Assembly: GCA_028701035.1 (NCBI GenBank)
Contig: JAQVRO010000001.1
Span: 5,497-69,496 of the forward strand
Origin: Minisyncoccota bacterium
Lineage (GTDB): Bacteria; Patescibacteriota; Minisyncoccia; Minisyncoccales; CSSED10-335
Reading direction: 5' to 3'
DNA length: 64,000 nucleotides
Positions within the stretch are counted from its first letter, which is position 1. Each line of letters begins with the position of its first letter. This document shows positions 19,645-30,189 of this stretch, in pieces. The notes beneath the pieces were generated by a model. The model ran no database searches. It was not told the origin of the DNA and saw only the letters and a program-made list of their open reading frames with translations. A program made the translations under genes and the position numbers.

Positions 19645-21237
19645 ATGACACAAATATCAAAAGAAACAAAAGATTTAATCTTGGGATACCAAAAATGGCA
19701 AGAATCACTCCAAAAGAAAGAAGGAGTTTCTACGATTCATGTCGACGAAGTCGCTTCTAAGGTTGCTGCCTTTTATGAAAAGATAAGAGGCATTATAGAC
19801 TGGAAAGAAGAACACCTAATTAAAATAGGTGTGATTGAAAGATCTGTTAGGAAAAGAATTATTCCTAAAATTGGAGTAAAAGAAGAAATAAAAGTGGATG
19901 CCGAGTCGTTAGTATTAGAACTAATAAGGTCTGGCCACTTTCCTAACGATAAGATAGAAGAATCTAAAATAGCAAAAATTCAAACAATAATTAATAAATA
20001 CATATATATTATTGGAAAACATTCAGAAAATGTTCAACTCATCCAATGGCTATCGTCAATCCTATCTTGCGAAATAGAAGAAGCCCTTACGCCATCCATT
20101 AAAGAAAAAGCTTTGATGGATTTTATGTATAATAAAATGAAGGCGTCTACCTTCTTAAGCAAAGATTTAATAGAAAAAGAAGGGATAACCGAAGAAGAAA
20201 AAAACATACAAATATTTATTAATATTCAACGAGCCCTTTTCGATTTAGACGACTCAATAATTGGATACCATCTTATAAAATACAAACACCCCAATTGGTC
20301 AAAATTATCAGACGAGGAATTAAAGGTAATTTCTCTAGATATAATTAAAATAAAAAAAGATATTGACTATGATCTAGATCATCCACTTAAAGGAAAGATT
20401 GGTCAACTTTGTAATAAATACAATACTCCTTATTTGATACTAAATGACATTATATTAGAAAATCCTTTTGAAGCAGAAAATAAAATCGCTAACCCAGCCC
20501 TTTTAGAATCTCTTATTAAAAAGTACTACGAAAAGAGATTAACTAATATGCAATCTCGTATGGTTCGAGCTGGATTCTATTCTACTCTATCAATATTTAT
20601 TACCAATATAGCGTCCCTTCTATTAATAGAAATGCCTGTAGCTAAATACTTCGGTCAATTTTCTAATACTGCCTACATCGTTGATATTTTTGTCCCAACA
20701 GCACTAATGGCAATACTAGTCTTAGCAATAGACCAACCACCAAAAGGAAATCTAGAAAGAGTAATAATGGAGACAATTAAAATATCTTACAATGACGAGA
20801 AAAAAGAAATCTATGAAATTAAAAGATTTAAAAAACGAGGCCCAATATTCAATTTTTTCATATCTTTAATATACGCCGTAAGCTTTATCTTAAGCATGAG
20901 TGCTCTTTACTGGTCTTTAAGCTTAATTAACTTCCCTCCCTTCTCATACATTGTGTTTATAATCTTCCTCTCACTTATTGCTTTCGCAGGAACTAAAATA
21001 AGAGAACGAGCAAAAGAACTACACATGGTAGACCAAAAAGATGGTTTTATTGCAACGATCACCGACTTATTGGCCCTACCAATTATTCTCTTAGGTAAAT
21101 GGCTTACTCTAAGATGGAAAAAATACAATATTATATCCGCTGTATTTAACGCACTAATAGATATGCCTTTATCTATATTTGTTGAATTTATTGAACAATG
21201 GAGATACTTCCTACAAGAAAAGAAAGAAAGACTCTAA
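19645..21237 (+). CDS. Hypothetical multi-pass membrane protein
   Basis: 530-aa ORF; soluble N-terminal half, several C-terminal TM segments. Confidence 0.75.
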   Translation: MTQISKETKDLILGYQKWQESLQKKEGVSTIHVDEVASKVAAFYEKIRGIIDWKEEHLIKIGVIERSVRKRIIPKIGVKEEIKVDAESLVLELIRSGHFPNDKIEESKIAKIQTIINKYIYIIGKHSENVQLIQWLSSILSCEIEEALTPSIKEKALMDFMYNKMKASTFLSKDLIEKEGITEEEKNIQIFINIQRALFDLDDSIIGYHLIKYKHPNWSKLSDEELKVISLDIIKIKKDIDYDLDHPLKGKIGQLCNKYNTPYLILNDIILENPFEAENKIANPALLESLIKKYYEKRLTNMQSRMVRAGFYSTLSIFITNIASLLLIEMPVAKYFGQFSNTAYIVDIFVPTALMAILVLAIDQPPKGNLERVIMETIKISYNDEKKEIYEIKRFKKRGPIFNFFISLIYAVSFILSMSALYWSLSLINFPPFSYIVFIIFLSLIAFAGTKIRERAKELHMVDQKDGFIATITDLLALPIILLGKWLTLRWKKYNIISAVFNALIDMPLSIFVEFIEQWRYFLQEKKERL

Positions 21238-22358
21238 TGAAAAAGTATAAAATTATAACTTATGGATGTTTGGCCAACTATTCTGACAGCGAAAGAATTG
21301 AAAAAAAATTAAAAGATAAGGGCTATTTAGCGAGCGAAAATCCAGATCTTGTAATAATTAATATCTGCTCAATAAGACAATCAGCTGTGGATCGAGCCTT
21401 TGCTCAAGCAAAAAAATATAAAAAAGTAATAGTTACTGGTTGTTTACTAGATTCGGATCGTGATAAATTCGCCAAATACGCTAAGATTGTTAAAAAAGAA
21501 GACTGCCTCAAGACAAAAATCACTCACTCTTGCCTTGTTCCAATAATGACGGGGTGCAATAATTTCTGTAGTTATTGCGTTGTCCCCTATACTCGGGGAC
21601 GAGAATACTCTAGACCTCAAGAAGAAGTTATCAAAGAAACAAAATCTTTTATTAAAAATGGAGCAAAAGAAATTTGGCTTTTGGGACAAAATGTAAATTC
21701 ATATAAATATGATTTTCCAAAATTGCTAAAAAACATTAACTCTATTCCGGGAGATTTTTGGATAAGATTTTTGAGCTCTCATCCAAAAGATATGAGTCGC
21801 GAATTAATTAAAAGCGTAAAAGAATTACCAAAAGTTACCGAATATATTAATTTGGCGGTTCAATCGGGAGACAATGAAATACTTAAAAAGATGAACCGAA
21901 AATACACCATAGAAGAATACAAGAAGTTAGCACTAAAGATTAAAAAAGAAATTCCTAATGTTTGCTTGTCAACCGATGTAATTGTTGGATTTCCCGGAGA
22001 AACAAAAAATGCTTTCAAAAATACATTGAAACTATTTAAAGAGATTGAATTTGATATGGCATATATTTCAAAATACTCTCCAAGACCAGGAACTCTAGCA
22101 TCAAAGATGGATAATCAAATATCGTTTGAGGAAAAGACAAAGAGATACAACGAATTGAATGATTTGCTTAAAAAAATATCTCTAAAAAGGAACAAGCAAC
22201 TAGTTGGGCAAAACACTAGAGTATTAATAAATAAAAACTCCATCGGAAAAACAAGAGAATACAAAACAATAAAAGTTGAGGGTGCCAGCGATAATTCTTT
22301 TGTTGATGTAGAAATAACAAAAGCTTTAATATGGGGACTAGAAGGAAAGATAAAATAA
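21237..22358 (+). CDS. miaB: MiaB-family radical SAM methylthiotransferase
   Basis: Start MKKYK; TYGC.AN, NICSIR, CNNFCSYC; adjacent to miaA. Confidence 0.9.
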   Translation: MKKYKIITYGCLANYSDSERIEKKLKDKGYLASENPDLVIINICSIRQSAVDRAFAQAKKYKKVIVTGCLLDSDRDKFAKYAKIVKKEDCLKTKITHSCLVPIMTGCNNFCSYCVVPYTRGREYSRPQEEVIKETKSFIKNGAKEIWLLGQNVNSYKYDFPKLLKNINSIPGDFWIRFLSSHPKDMSRELIKSVKELPKVTEYINLAVQSGDNEILKKMNRKYTIEEYKKLALKIKKEIPNVCLSTDVIVGFPGETKNAFKNTLKLFKEIEFDMAYISKYSPRPGTLASKMDNQISFEEKTKRYNELNDLLKKISLKRNKQLVGQNTRVLINKNSIGKTREYKTIKVEGASDNSFVDVEITKALIWGLEGKIK

Positions 22359-23206
22359 TAGCTATTTTAGGAGCAACTGCTTCTGGAAAAAGCGATTTAG
22401 CGGTCACACTAGCTCAAAAATTTAATGGTGAGGTAGTTTCTGCCGATTCTAGACAAGTATATATCGGCATGGATATTGGTAGTGGCAAAATTACTAAAAA
22501 AGAAATGAAGGGTGTCCCCCACCACCTACTAAGCATTGCTAGTCCAAAAAGAAATTTTAGCGCTGGACAATATCAGAAAAAAGCAGATCAAATAATTAAT
22601 CAAATTTTAAAAAAGAGTAAACTCCCTATTATTTGTGGAGGAAGTAATTTCTATATCAACACCATTACCAAAGGACTGGTTATGCCTAGCACAAAACCAG
22701 ACTATAAGTTAAGAAGTAAATTAAATAAAAAAAGTAACGAAGAGCTATACAAGATACTTAAAAACTTAGACCCATTAAGAGCGAAAAATATTGATAAAAA
22801 TAATCCTAGAAGATTGATAAGAGCAATTGAGGTTGCCCCCTCAGCTCCTCTTAAAGAAGACCCAAAATACGATTGCTTAGAGTTAGCAATTAAAAAGGAT
22901 AACTTGGAGCTTTTAATCAAAAAAAGAATTGATAAAAGAATTAAAATCGGAATGATTAAAGAAGTTAAAAGACTGAGAATTGGTGGCCTCTCGTGGCAAA
23001 GAATAGAAAACTTTGGACTAGAATACAAATGGATTGCAATCTACTTACAAAACAGAATATCAAAACAAAATATGATTGATGGAATCTTGCAGAGTTCAAT
23101 TAAATTAGCCAAGAGTCAAAACTCTTGGCTAAAAAAAGAAAAAAATATATACTGGATTAAAAATAAGAATGAGGCAGAAAAATTAATAAAAAATTTCCTA
23201 AATTAA
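22331..23206 (+). CDS. miaA: tRNA dimethylallyltransferase
   Basis: GATASGKS, SADSRQVYIGMDIGSGK, PHHL, RLIRAIE. Confidence 0.95.
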   Translation: MGTRRKDKIIAILGATASGKSDLAVTLAQKFNGEVVSADSRQVYIGMDIGSGKITKKEMKGVPHHLLSIASPKRNFSAGQYQKKADQIINQILKKSKLPIICGGSNFYINTITKGLVMPSTKPDYKLRSKLNKKSNEELYKILKNLDPLRAKNIDKNNPRRLIRAIEVAPSAPLKEDPKYDCLELAIKKDNLELLIKKRIDKRIKIGMIKEVKRLRIGGLSWQRIENFGLEYKWIAIYLQNRISKQNMIDGILQSSIKLAKSQNSWLKKEKNIYWIKNKNEAEKLIKNFLN

Positions 23207-24661
23207 TTTCTCTTTAAGTATCTTTTCTATTACTTTTGGATTAGCTCGGCCCTTAGTTTTAGCCATTATCCCACCAATTAAAAACTTAAAAGACGCTTCC
23301 TTGCCTTGCCTATAATCTTCAACTGCTTTAGGGTTTTCTTTAATGACCATCTCTATCATTAACTCAATTTCAGACTCATCTTCAAGCTCTGTGAGCCCTT
23401 TGTCTTTAATGATCTGAGATGGGTCACCACCAGTATTAAACATCTCTTTTAAGACCTCTTTCGCAACCTTACTAGACATTTTGTCTTTGTAAATTAAACA
23501 AACAAACTCGGCAAAGTTCTCGGGATCAATTGGAAGCTCGTCTCCGGTGCGTAAAGACTGAAAATCAGTCAAAAGATAATTTGCAGCCAGTCTTGATAGT
23601 TTTGGCATAACATCATCAACACTAAGAGTTATGTCTGTCTCTTTAATCCAATTTCTAAGCTCACTTACTACTTTTTCGTAATAATCTCCTAATTCCTTAT
23701 CTGTTACTAAAAACTCTGTTTCTTTATCAGAAAGGCTATACTCTTCTTGAAAACGGGATCGTCTTTGTTGAGGCAACTCAACAATAGATGATTTTATTCT
23801 TTGTAAATCAATACCGCTGTCTTTGATATAAACTGGAGGCAAATCGGGGTCGGGAAAATAGCGATAATCATGAGACTGCTCCTTGCTTCTTTGTCCAATA
23901 GTTATTTGTTTATTATCATCCCAACCCCTAGTTTCTTGAACAACAACTCCCCCACTATCCAATAATTCTTGCTGTCTTTTTATTTCATACTCCAACGCTC
24001 TCTCTATTGACCTAAAAGAGTTTAGATTCTTAATTTCTACTCTTACACCGTCTAGTTTGCCTGGGGCTGAAGATAACGAAATATTGGCATCAGCTCTCAT
24101 TTCTCCTTTTTCCAAGTCAACATTAGAAACATTCAAATACTTTAAAATCAAACGCAACTCTTGAGCAAAGCGAGTTGCTTCCTTGGCAGATTTAATAACT
24201 GGTTCCGTAACAAGCTCCATTAAAGGAACGCCGGATCTATTAAAATCAACCAAAGAACTATCAGAATCGGACGAATGAACCAATTTGCCCGCATCCTCTT
24301 CAAGATGAATTCTAGTTATTTTAATATCTCGCCCATCAACATTAAGAGAACCTCCTAGACAAAAAGGGTTTTCGTTTTGGCTAATCTGATAAGCTTTTGG
24401 TAAGTCGGGGTAAAAATAGTTTTTTCTATCAAATTTAGAATACTCTGGAATTTGACAACCAAGAGCAAGACCAACCCTAATAGTCTTCTCGATCGCTTTT
24501 TTATTAGCCACCGGTAAAGTTCCGGGGTGACCAGAACATACTGGACAAATATTAATATTAGGTGTCTTGTTATCAGATTCGTTTTTACAAGAGCAAAACA
24601 TTTTAGAATCTGTGTTAAGCTCTACATGAACTTCAAGACCAATGACAGTTTCGTATTTCAT
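23198..24661 (-). CDS. gatB: Asp/Glu-tRNA amidotransferase subunit B
   Basis: VIGLEVHVEL, RKNYFYPDLPK, HLEEDAGK, DYRYFPDPDL. Confidence 0.98.
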   Translation of the reverse strand: MKYETVIGLEVHVELNTDSKMFCSCKNESDNKTPNINICPVCSGHPGTLPVANKKAIEKTIRVGLALGCQIPEYSKFDRKNYFYPDLPKAYQISQNENPFCLGGSLNVDGRDIKITRIHLEEDAGKLVHSSDSDSSLVDFNRSGVPLMELVTEPVIKSAKEATRFAQELRLILKYLNVSNVDLEKGEMRADANISLSSAPGKLDGVRVEIKNLNSFRSIERALEYEIKRQQELLDSGGVVVQETRGWDDNKQITIGQRSKEQSHDYRYFPDPDLPPVYIKDSGIDLQRIKSSIVELPQQRRSRFQEEYSLSDKETEFLVTDKELGDYYEKVVSELRNWIKETDITLSVDDVMPKLSRLAANYLLTDFQSLRTGDELPIDPENFAEFVCLIYKDKMSSKVAKEVLKEMFNTGGDPSQIIKDKGLTELEDESEIELMIEMVIKENPKAVEDYRQGKEASFKFLIGGIMAKTKGRANPKVIEKILKEKLI

Positions 24662-25317
24662 TATTTCAAACCTTTCATTATTTTAACTCCAGAGCTAGTT
24701 CCGACGATACTAGCCCCCGCCTTTAGGGCTTTCTTAACATCTTCCACTGTTTTAATATTACCCGAGGCCTTAACAACTAAACCTGAATGCTTCTTCATCA
24801 ATTTCAAATGAATAATCTTTTCGTCCATTTCTCTATTCTCTAACGGGTCCTTAGAAGTTGCAGTTTTGATACAAAAAGCACCAGATTCTTTAACAACCTT
24901 GGAAACTTTAATAATCTCATCGTCGGTTAAAAACCCCGAACCAATTATTACCTTAGTTGGTAATATTTTACAAAGAGGCTTTAAATCTTTTAAAACCTTG
25001 TCATATCGGTCATATTTAACATCAATAACATTTAAGACAATATCTAACTCGTCAGCTCCATCTTTTTTAGCCTTTTTGCACATCGCTAATCTCTTAGCAT
25101 GAGCAGATAACCCCATATGCGGATCAATTAAAACAACTGTTTTGACTGAAGTCCCTTTTAATTCTTTGGCGACCAGAGAAACAAATTTAGGATTAACACA
25201 AACCCCATGAAAACCATAAAGCTTGGCCTCCAAACATCTCTCTTTAATATCTTTAGTTGTTGCCTCGGACCTAATATCAGTATGATCTATTGTGCTTGCT
25301 ATTTTTTTTATTGTCAT
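24661..25317 (-). CDS. deoC: Deoxyribose-phosphate aldolase
   Basis: IDHT, GVCVNP, GADELDIV, IKTAT, VKASG, GTSSG. Confidence 0.85.
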   Translation of the reverse strand: MTIKKIASTIDHTDIRSEATTKDIKERCLEAKLYGFHGVCVNPKFVSLVAKELKGTSVKTVVLIDPHMGLSAHAKRLAMCKKAKKDGADELDIVLNVIDVKYDRYDKVLKDLKPLCKILPTKVIIGSGFLTDDEIIKVSKVVKESGAFCIKTATSKDPLENREMDEKIIHLKLMKKHSGLVVKASGNIKTVEDVKKALKAGASIVGTSSGVKIMKGLK

Positions 25318-25997
25318 ATCTTTATTATTTTTAATATTTTTTGATTAATATCTTCGGGACTTAAAATATTATCCCCCACCATACAGTCTATAAACTTAAA
25401 ATCTCGGGGGTATGCTTTGGTTAATTCGATGTAAGCATTAAGACTATTTTTCAAATGCTCTTTATCATTCTCATGGATATCTTTCTTTTTCCCTAAAAAA
25501 CTAACCGCTTTTTTCTTTTGACTTTTATTCTTAGAAAGCTTGTAAGAAAAATCCACAGAAACTTTAAGAATAATTGTTAAATCTGGTTTTGGTATTTTAA
25601 ATATTCCATACTCTAAATTATATAACCATTTTAAATACTCCTCTCTTTTAGCTTTGCTCTTAATTTTACCTCCCTGATGACCGATATTAGAAGCGATATA
25701 GCGATCGGCAATCACAATATTTCCTTCGTCGATCCATTTTTTAATTTGAAAAGATGAGGCATAACGGTCAACTGCATAAAAAATAGATGCTCTGTATGGT
25801 CCAACCTCGTTAGCACTACCATAATTACCAGCCAAATACTCTTCTATTGATCCAGCTGATTTTTCTCCATATCTGGGAAAATCTATTTTCTTAACCTTCA
25901 ATCCTTTGGAAATTAATTTATCTGTTAATAGCTTAACCTGAGTAGCTTTTCCCGAGCCATCAACACCCTCTATGACTATAAATTTTCCTGGTTTCAT
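25314..25997 (-). CDS. tmk: Thymidylate kinase
   Basis: FIVIEGVDGSGKATQ, DFPRY, ADRY. Confidence 0.92.
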   Translation of the reverse strand: MKPGKFIVIEGVDGSGKATQVKLLTDKLISKGLKVKKIDFPRYGEKSAGSIEEYLAGNYGSANEVGPYRASIFYAVDRYASSFQIKKWIDEGNIVIADRYIASNIGHQGGKIKSKAKREEYLKWLYNLEYGIFKIPKPDLTIILKVSVDFSYKLSKNKSQKKKAVSFLGKKKDIHENDKEHLKNSLNAYIELTKAYPRDFKFIDCMVGDNILSPEDINQKILKIIKI

Positions 25998-26473
25998 TAT
26001 CCTAAAAATGTTATATCTTGATTAGGTTTATCTAAAATATCAACTTGAACACCTGCTTCTTTAAATAATTCGATAAAAGAATCATCGGCATAATTACTAA
26101 AAGTTACATACCTATTAATCTTTGAATTAACTAACATTTTGGCACAAATAATACAAGGAGTGTGAGTGCAATAAACGGTAGCTCCGGCTAAAGAAATACC
26201 ATGAAGAGAGCTTTGAATTATTACATTTTGCTCTGCATGAATAGCTCGACATATTTCGTGCTTAGTTCCAGAAGGTATACCATTTTGATCTCTTAAACAT
26301 CCGAGTTCAAGACAATCTTTAAGACCTGATGCTGCCCCATTATATCCTGTTGCTAATATGTGCTTGTCTTTTACAGCAACTGCGCCGACATGATGTCTGA
26401 CGCAGGTAGATCTCTCAGCAACAACGAGAGCAATTTTTAAAAAATACTCATCTATTGAGATTCTTTTCATCAA
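25997..26473 (-). CDS. dCMP deaminase (ComEB-like)
   Basis: RSTC..HVGAV, TGYNG, HAEQN, PCIIC. Confidence 0.92.
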   Translation of the reverse strand: MMKRISIDEYFLKIALVVAERSTCVRHHVGAVAVKDKHILATGYNGAASGLKDCLELGCLRDQNGIPSGTKHEICRAIHAEQNVIIQSSLHGISLAGATVYCTHTPCIICAKMLVNSKINRYVTFSNYADDSFIELFKEAGVQVDILDKPNQDITFLG

Positions 26474-26474
26474 A

Positions 26475-26900
26475 TTATTTTTTTATTTCTATTCCCATAT
26501 TTTTCGCAGTCCCCTCTATCGTTCTCATAGCCGCATCAATATCGTTAGCGTTGAGATCAACCATCTTTTTTTCTGTAACCTCTTTTAGTTGATCTTTAGT
26601 AATTGTAGCTACCTTTTGCTTGTTAGGAGTTTTAGCACCCTTTTCTATTCCTGCAACTTTCTTTAAAAGCTCCGATGCTGGAGGTTGCTTCATTTTGAAA
26701 GCATAAGTTCTATCTTCAAATATAGTAACCTCTACTGGCACAGTAAATCCAGCCTTATCTTTACTCTGATCGTTAAACTTTTGACAAAACTCTGCGATAT
26801 TTAATCCATGTGGTGCCAAAGAAGGCCCAACTGGAGGAGCTGGTGTTGCTTTACCGGCTGCTATTTGTAATTTTACAACTGCTTTAATTTTTTTAGCCAT
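26475..26900 (-). CDS. rplK: 50S ribosomal protein L11
   Basis: [24 protein letters not shown]. Confidence 0.98.
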   Translation of the reverse strand: MAKKIKAVVKLQIAAGKATPAPPVGPSLAPHGLNIAEFCQKFNDQSKDKAGFTVPVEVTIFEDRTYAFKMKQPPASELLKKVAGIEKGAKTPNKQKVATITKDQLKEVTEKKMVDLNANDIDAAMRTIEGTAKNMGIEIKK

Positions 26901-26904
26901 AATA

Positions 26905-27450
26905 TTATATCTTATTAATCTGTAGAGAGTCCAATTCTACCGGAGTATCCCTACCAAACATATTAACCAAAACTTTTATCTTGCCCCTTTCAGAATCAAT
27001 TTCAGAAACTCGTCCATCGAAATCTTTAAAAGGTCCATCCACTATTTTAACTGCATCGCCTACTATAACATCTATCTTAAATCTTGGAACCTCAGCACCC
27101 ATTCTCTTTTTTAATAAATCAACTTCTTCAAAAGATAGTGGAAGTGGAGTTGTTCCCGCACCAACAAAACCAGTAACATTTGGCGTGTTTCGAACCACAT
27201 ACCAAGAATCATCGGTAACTATCATTTCTACTAAAACATAACCTGGATATATCTTTTCTTCAACAGATTTTCTTTTGCCATTCTTAATCTTGACTTTCTT
27301 CTCTTTAGGAACGATAACACTAAAAATCTTATCTTCCATACCTAAAGATTCAGCTCTTTGACGTAAGTTTTTAGCTACCGCTTCCTCATATCCAGAATAA
27401 GTATGAATGACGTACCATCTTTTTTCTTGTGAAAATTGTTGTTTGGACAT
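26905..27450 (-). CDS. nusG: Transcription factor NusG
   Basis: [23 protein letters not shown] domain [15 protein letters not shown]. Confidence 0.98.
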   Translation of the reverse strand: MSKQQFSQEKRWYVIHTYSGYEEAVAKNLRQRAESLGMEDKIFSVIVPKEKKVKIKNGKRKSVEEKIYPGYVLVEMIVTDDSWYVVRNTPNVTGFVGAGTTPLPLSFEEVDLLKKRMGAEVPRFKIDVIVGDAVKIVDGPFKDFDGRVSEIDSERGKIKVLVNMFGRDTPVELDSLQINKI

Positions 27451-27452
27451 AT

Positions 27453-27641
27453 TTAAAGAATAAAGTTTCTAAAAAGAGTAGTGAATATATAATCAAATCC
27501 TCCAAGCATTATTGCTGTTATTATAGAGGCAACAATAACAATTAAACCATATTTTATAGCATAGTTTGAAGTAGGCCAAGTCACTTTGGCTGTTTCTTGT
27601 CTAACTTCTCTAAAGAATGTTCCTATGTTGTTTATAATCAT
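27453..27641 (-). CDS. secE: Preprotein translocase SecE
   Basis: FFREVRQETAKVTWPT plus a TM helix; start moved to MIINN. Confidence 0.92.
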   Translation of the reverse strand: MIINNIGTFFREVRQETAKVTWPTSNYAIKYGLIVIVASIITAIMLGGFDYIFTTLFRNFIL

Positions 27642-27679
27642 GTTTTGTATAATAGCTAAACAAAGCTCTTTTGTCAACC

Positions 27680-29593
27680 TTAAATATCTAAATTTCTAGC
27701 GCTCTTGGCTCTGCTTTGAATAAACTTTTTACGAGGCAAAACATCGTCACCCATTAAAACATCAAAAACTCTATCGGCTTCTTGAGCATCATCTATTTTA
27801 ACTTGCAAAAGAATTCTATTCTCCGGGTTCATGGTTGTCTCCCATAATTGCTCTGGATTCATTTCACCCAGACCCTTATACCTCTGTATTGAAATATTTG
27901 TCTTTTCCTTGCTCATAGAATCTAAAATTTCTTGTTTTTCATCTTCTAAATAAGCATACTCTACTCTTTTGCCAGCTTGTATTTTATACAAAGGAGGTTG
28001 GGCGACATAAACATAACCCGCCTCTATTAATGCCTTAAAATATCTATAAAACAAAGTAAGAATTAGTGTCTTAATATGATTTCCATCAGAATCGGCATCG
28101 GCCATGATAATAATTCTTTGATATCTAAGTTTCTCAATATTAAAGTCCTCGGCAATTGCGGTTCCAAGAGCAATAATTAAAGCTTTTATTTCTTTTGATG
28201 CTAGTATCTTGTCCAAACGAGCTCGCTCAACATTTAAAACTTTACCTCTTAATGGAAGAATGGCCTGAAACCTTCTGTCTCGAGCACCCTTACAAGAACC
28301 TCCTGCAGACTCCCCCTCTACAATATACAACTCTGATTCTTCTGGCTTTCTAGAAGAACAATCTGCTAGTTTGCCCGGTAAAGACAACCCCTCTAAGACA
28401 CCCTTTCTCAATACTGTTTCTCTGGCTGCTTTAGCTGCTTTTCTAGCTTTAGAAGAAAGGAGACATTTTTCAATAATAATCTTAGCATCTTGAGGATTTC
28501 TTTCTAAAAAGTCGGCTAAATATTCAGCCACAACAGCCTCAACGGCTGGCTTAACCTCAGGATTACCTAGCTTCGCTTTGGTTTGTCCTTCAAATTGAGG
28601 TTCTCTAATTTTAACCGATACCACTGCAGTGAGTCCCTCTCTAATATCTTCTCCGCCAAGATTATCATCGGTATTTTTTAATATTCCGTTCTTCTTGGCG
28701 TAATCGTTTAGTGTTCTAGTCAATGCAGATCTAAATCCTGTTAAGTGACTTCCTCCTTCTTTAGTAATAATATTATTAGCAAAACTTTCTTCGTAAGATT
28801 CGTATTCTTCAGTATAGACAAAAGAGGCTTCTACCGCTATTTCGTCTTTAACTCCCGTGCAATAAAATACGTTTTGGTGTCTTTTAATTGAACCTCTAGT
28901 TAAGTGTTTGACATAAGACAATAACCCTCCTTCAAAATAGAAAAAATAACCTTTTTTGTCTTTGGGATCTCTAAAATCGAAAAAACTAACAGCAATAGCC
29001 TTAGTTAAATATGATTGTTGTCTTAGATGAGACAATATTTTTTTAGTACTAAAAGATATTTCTTTAAATATTTCTGGATCGGCCTGAAAAGTAATTACTG
29101 TTCCTCTTTTGTTTGTCTTACCGTCTTTAATAAGCTTTGTCTTGACCTTACCCTTAGAATATTCTTGATAGTATTTATAACCATCACGATAAACATCGGC
29201 TCGCATCCATGTAGAAAGAGCACAGACAACCGACACCCCTACTCCATGAAGTCCGCCAGACACCTGATACGCATCTCCTCCAAACTTTCCACCAGCATGA
29301 AGCGTTGTCATAACTGTTTCTAGGGCAGACTTTTTGGTTTGAGCATGAACATCTATTGGTATTCCTCTACCATCATCTGCCACACTTACAATATTATCAG
29401 GTAAAAGCGTAATCTCTATATTCTTCGCATACCCTCCGATAGCTTCATCTAAAGAGTTATCGGTACACTCCCATATTAAATGATGTAGCCCTTCTGGTCC
29501 AGTAGAACCAATATACATACCAGGCCTTTTTCTTACAGGATCCAAACCTTCCAAAACAAAAATGTCTTTTGAAGTATATTCTTTTTTTGCCAT
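27680..29593 (-). CDS. gyrB: DNA gyrase subunit B
   Basis: VRKRPGMYIG, GGLHGVG, VEGESAGG, PLRGK, RYKGLGEMN. Confidence 0.96.
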   Translation of the reverse strand: MAKKEYTSKDIFVLEGLDPVRKRPGMYIGSTGPEGLHHLIWECTDNSLDEAIGGYAKNIEITLLPDNIVSVADDGRGIPIDVHAQTKKSALETVMTTLHAGGKFGGDAYQVSGGLHGVGVSVVCALSTWMRADVYRDGYKYYQEYSKGKVKTKLIKDGKTNKRGTVITFQADPEIFKEISFSTKKILSHLRQQSYLTKAIAVSFFDFRDPKDKKGYFFYFEGGLLSYVKHLTRGSIKRHQNVFYCTGVKDEIAVEASFVYTEEYESYEESFANNIITKEGGSHLTGFRSALTRTLNDYAKKNGILKNTDDNLGGEDIREGLTAVVSVKIREPQFEGQTKAKLGNPEVKPAVEAVVAEYLADFLERNPQDAKIIIEKCLLSSKARKAAKAARETVLRKGVLEGLSLPGKLADCSSRKPEESELYIVEGESAGGSCKGARDRRFQAILPLRGKVLNVERARLDKILASKEIKALIIALGTAIAEDFNIEKLRYQRIIIMADADSDGNHIKTLILTLFYRYFKALIEAGYVYVAQPPLYKIQAGKRVEYAYLEDEKQEILDSMSKEKTNISIQRYKGLGEMNPEQLWETTMNPENRILLQVKIDDAQEADRVFDVLMGDDVLPRKKFIQSRAKSARNLDI

Positions 29594-29639
29594 TTGAATT
29601 AATTAATTTACTCTTCTATTCTAGCTTAATTTATATTAA

Positions 29640-29668
29640 AAAACAAGAGGTATTTTTCCTCTTGTTTT
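29640..29668. terminator. Intrinsic terminator after the tRNA cluster
   Basis: AAAACAAGAGG-TATTTTT-CCTCTTGTTTT. Confidence 0.7.
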
Positions 29669-29674
29669 CTCTTT

Positions 29675-29752
29675 TGGCGCGGGCGATGGGATTCGAACCC
29701 ACGATCTCTACCGTGACAAGGTAGCGCTTTAACCTGGCTAAGCCACGCCCGC
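29675..29752 (-). tRNA. tRNA-Asp(GTC)
   Basis: GCGGGCG..CTACC-TT-GTC-AC-GGTAG..TTCGAAT..CGCCCGC-G-CCA (CCA encoded). Confidence 0.94.
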
Positions 29753-29766
29753 AAAAAATAAAGATA

Positions 29767-29840
29767 TGCCGGCGGGAGGACTCGAACCTCCGACCTACAG
29801 CTTATGAATCTGTCGCTCTAACCAGCTGAGCTACGCCGGC
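29767..29840 (-). tRNA. tRNA with CAT anticodon (elongator Met or Ile2)
   Basis: GCCGGCG..ACAGA-TT-CAT-AA-GCTGT..TTCGAGT..CGCCGGC-A; Met and Ile2 cannot be separated by eye. Confidence 0.9.
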
Positions 29841-29847
29841 AAACATG

Positions 29848-29918
29848 TTGCGGGGGCCGGAATTGCACCGGCGCCTTAAGGTTATGGGCCTCACATGGTA
29901 CTACTCCACCACCCCGCT
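29848..29918 (-). tRNA. Probable initiator tRNA-fMet(CAT)
   Basis: AGCGGGG/CCCCGCA acceptor with 1:72 mismatch; TGAGG-CC-CAT-AA-CCTTA; atypical T-loop TGCAATT. Confidence 0.82.
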
Positions 29919-30020
29919 ATATAACTACATACTAGTATATTTTTTAACTCAGGTCAAGACTTAGTCTTATCCAACGCAACGATAGCATGAAATGCCCCCC
30001 GCTTTCCAATACAAGATTCC

Positions 30021-30147
30021 ATTAAGGAGCTAAGCTCCTTAATCCAACCTCCTTAACCTATACTTCGCTTAATTAAGGAGCTTAGCTCCTTAATCCGACC
30101 TCCTTAATTTCGTTAAGGGGCTTAGCGCCTTAATCTAGGCTCCTTAA
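30021..30147. repeat. REP cluster A (3 hairpin units), same family as the RAYT-flanking REPs
   Basis: ATTAAGGAGC-TAA-GCTCCTTAAT, ATTAAGGAGC-TTA-GCTCCTTAAT and GTTAAGGGGC-TTA-GCGCCTTAAT, each followed by a tail ending CTCCTTAA. Confidence 0.9.
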
Positions 30148-30189
30148 GACAATCTTATTTTCATACTCATTACTGGATTAAAAAATACT

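Noticed and set aside
30021-30147. Possible mini CRISPR array (also 56864-56964)
   Set aside because: Only 2-3 units, linkers are short and reused rather than unique, no cas genes are present, and the same repeat flanks a RAYT; these are REPs.
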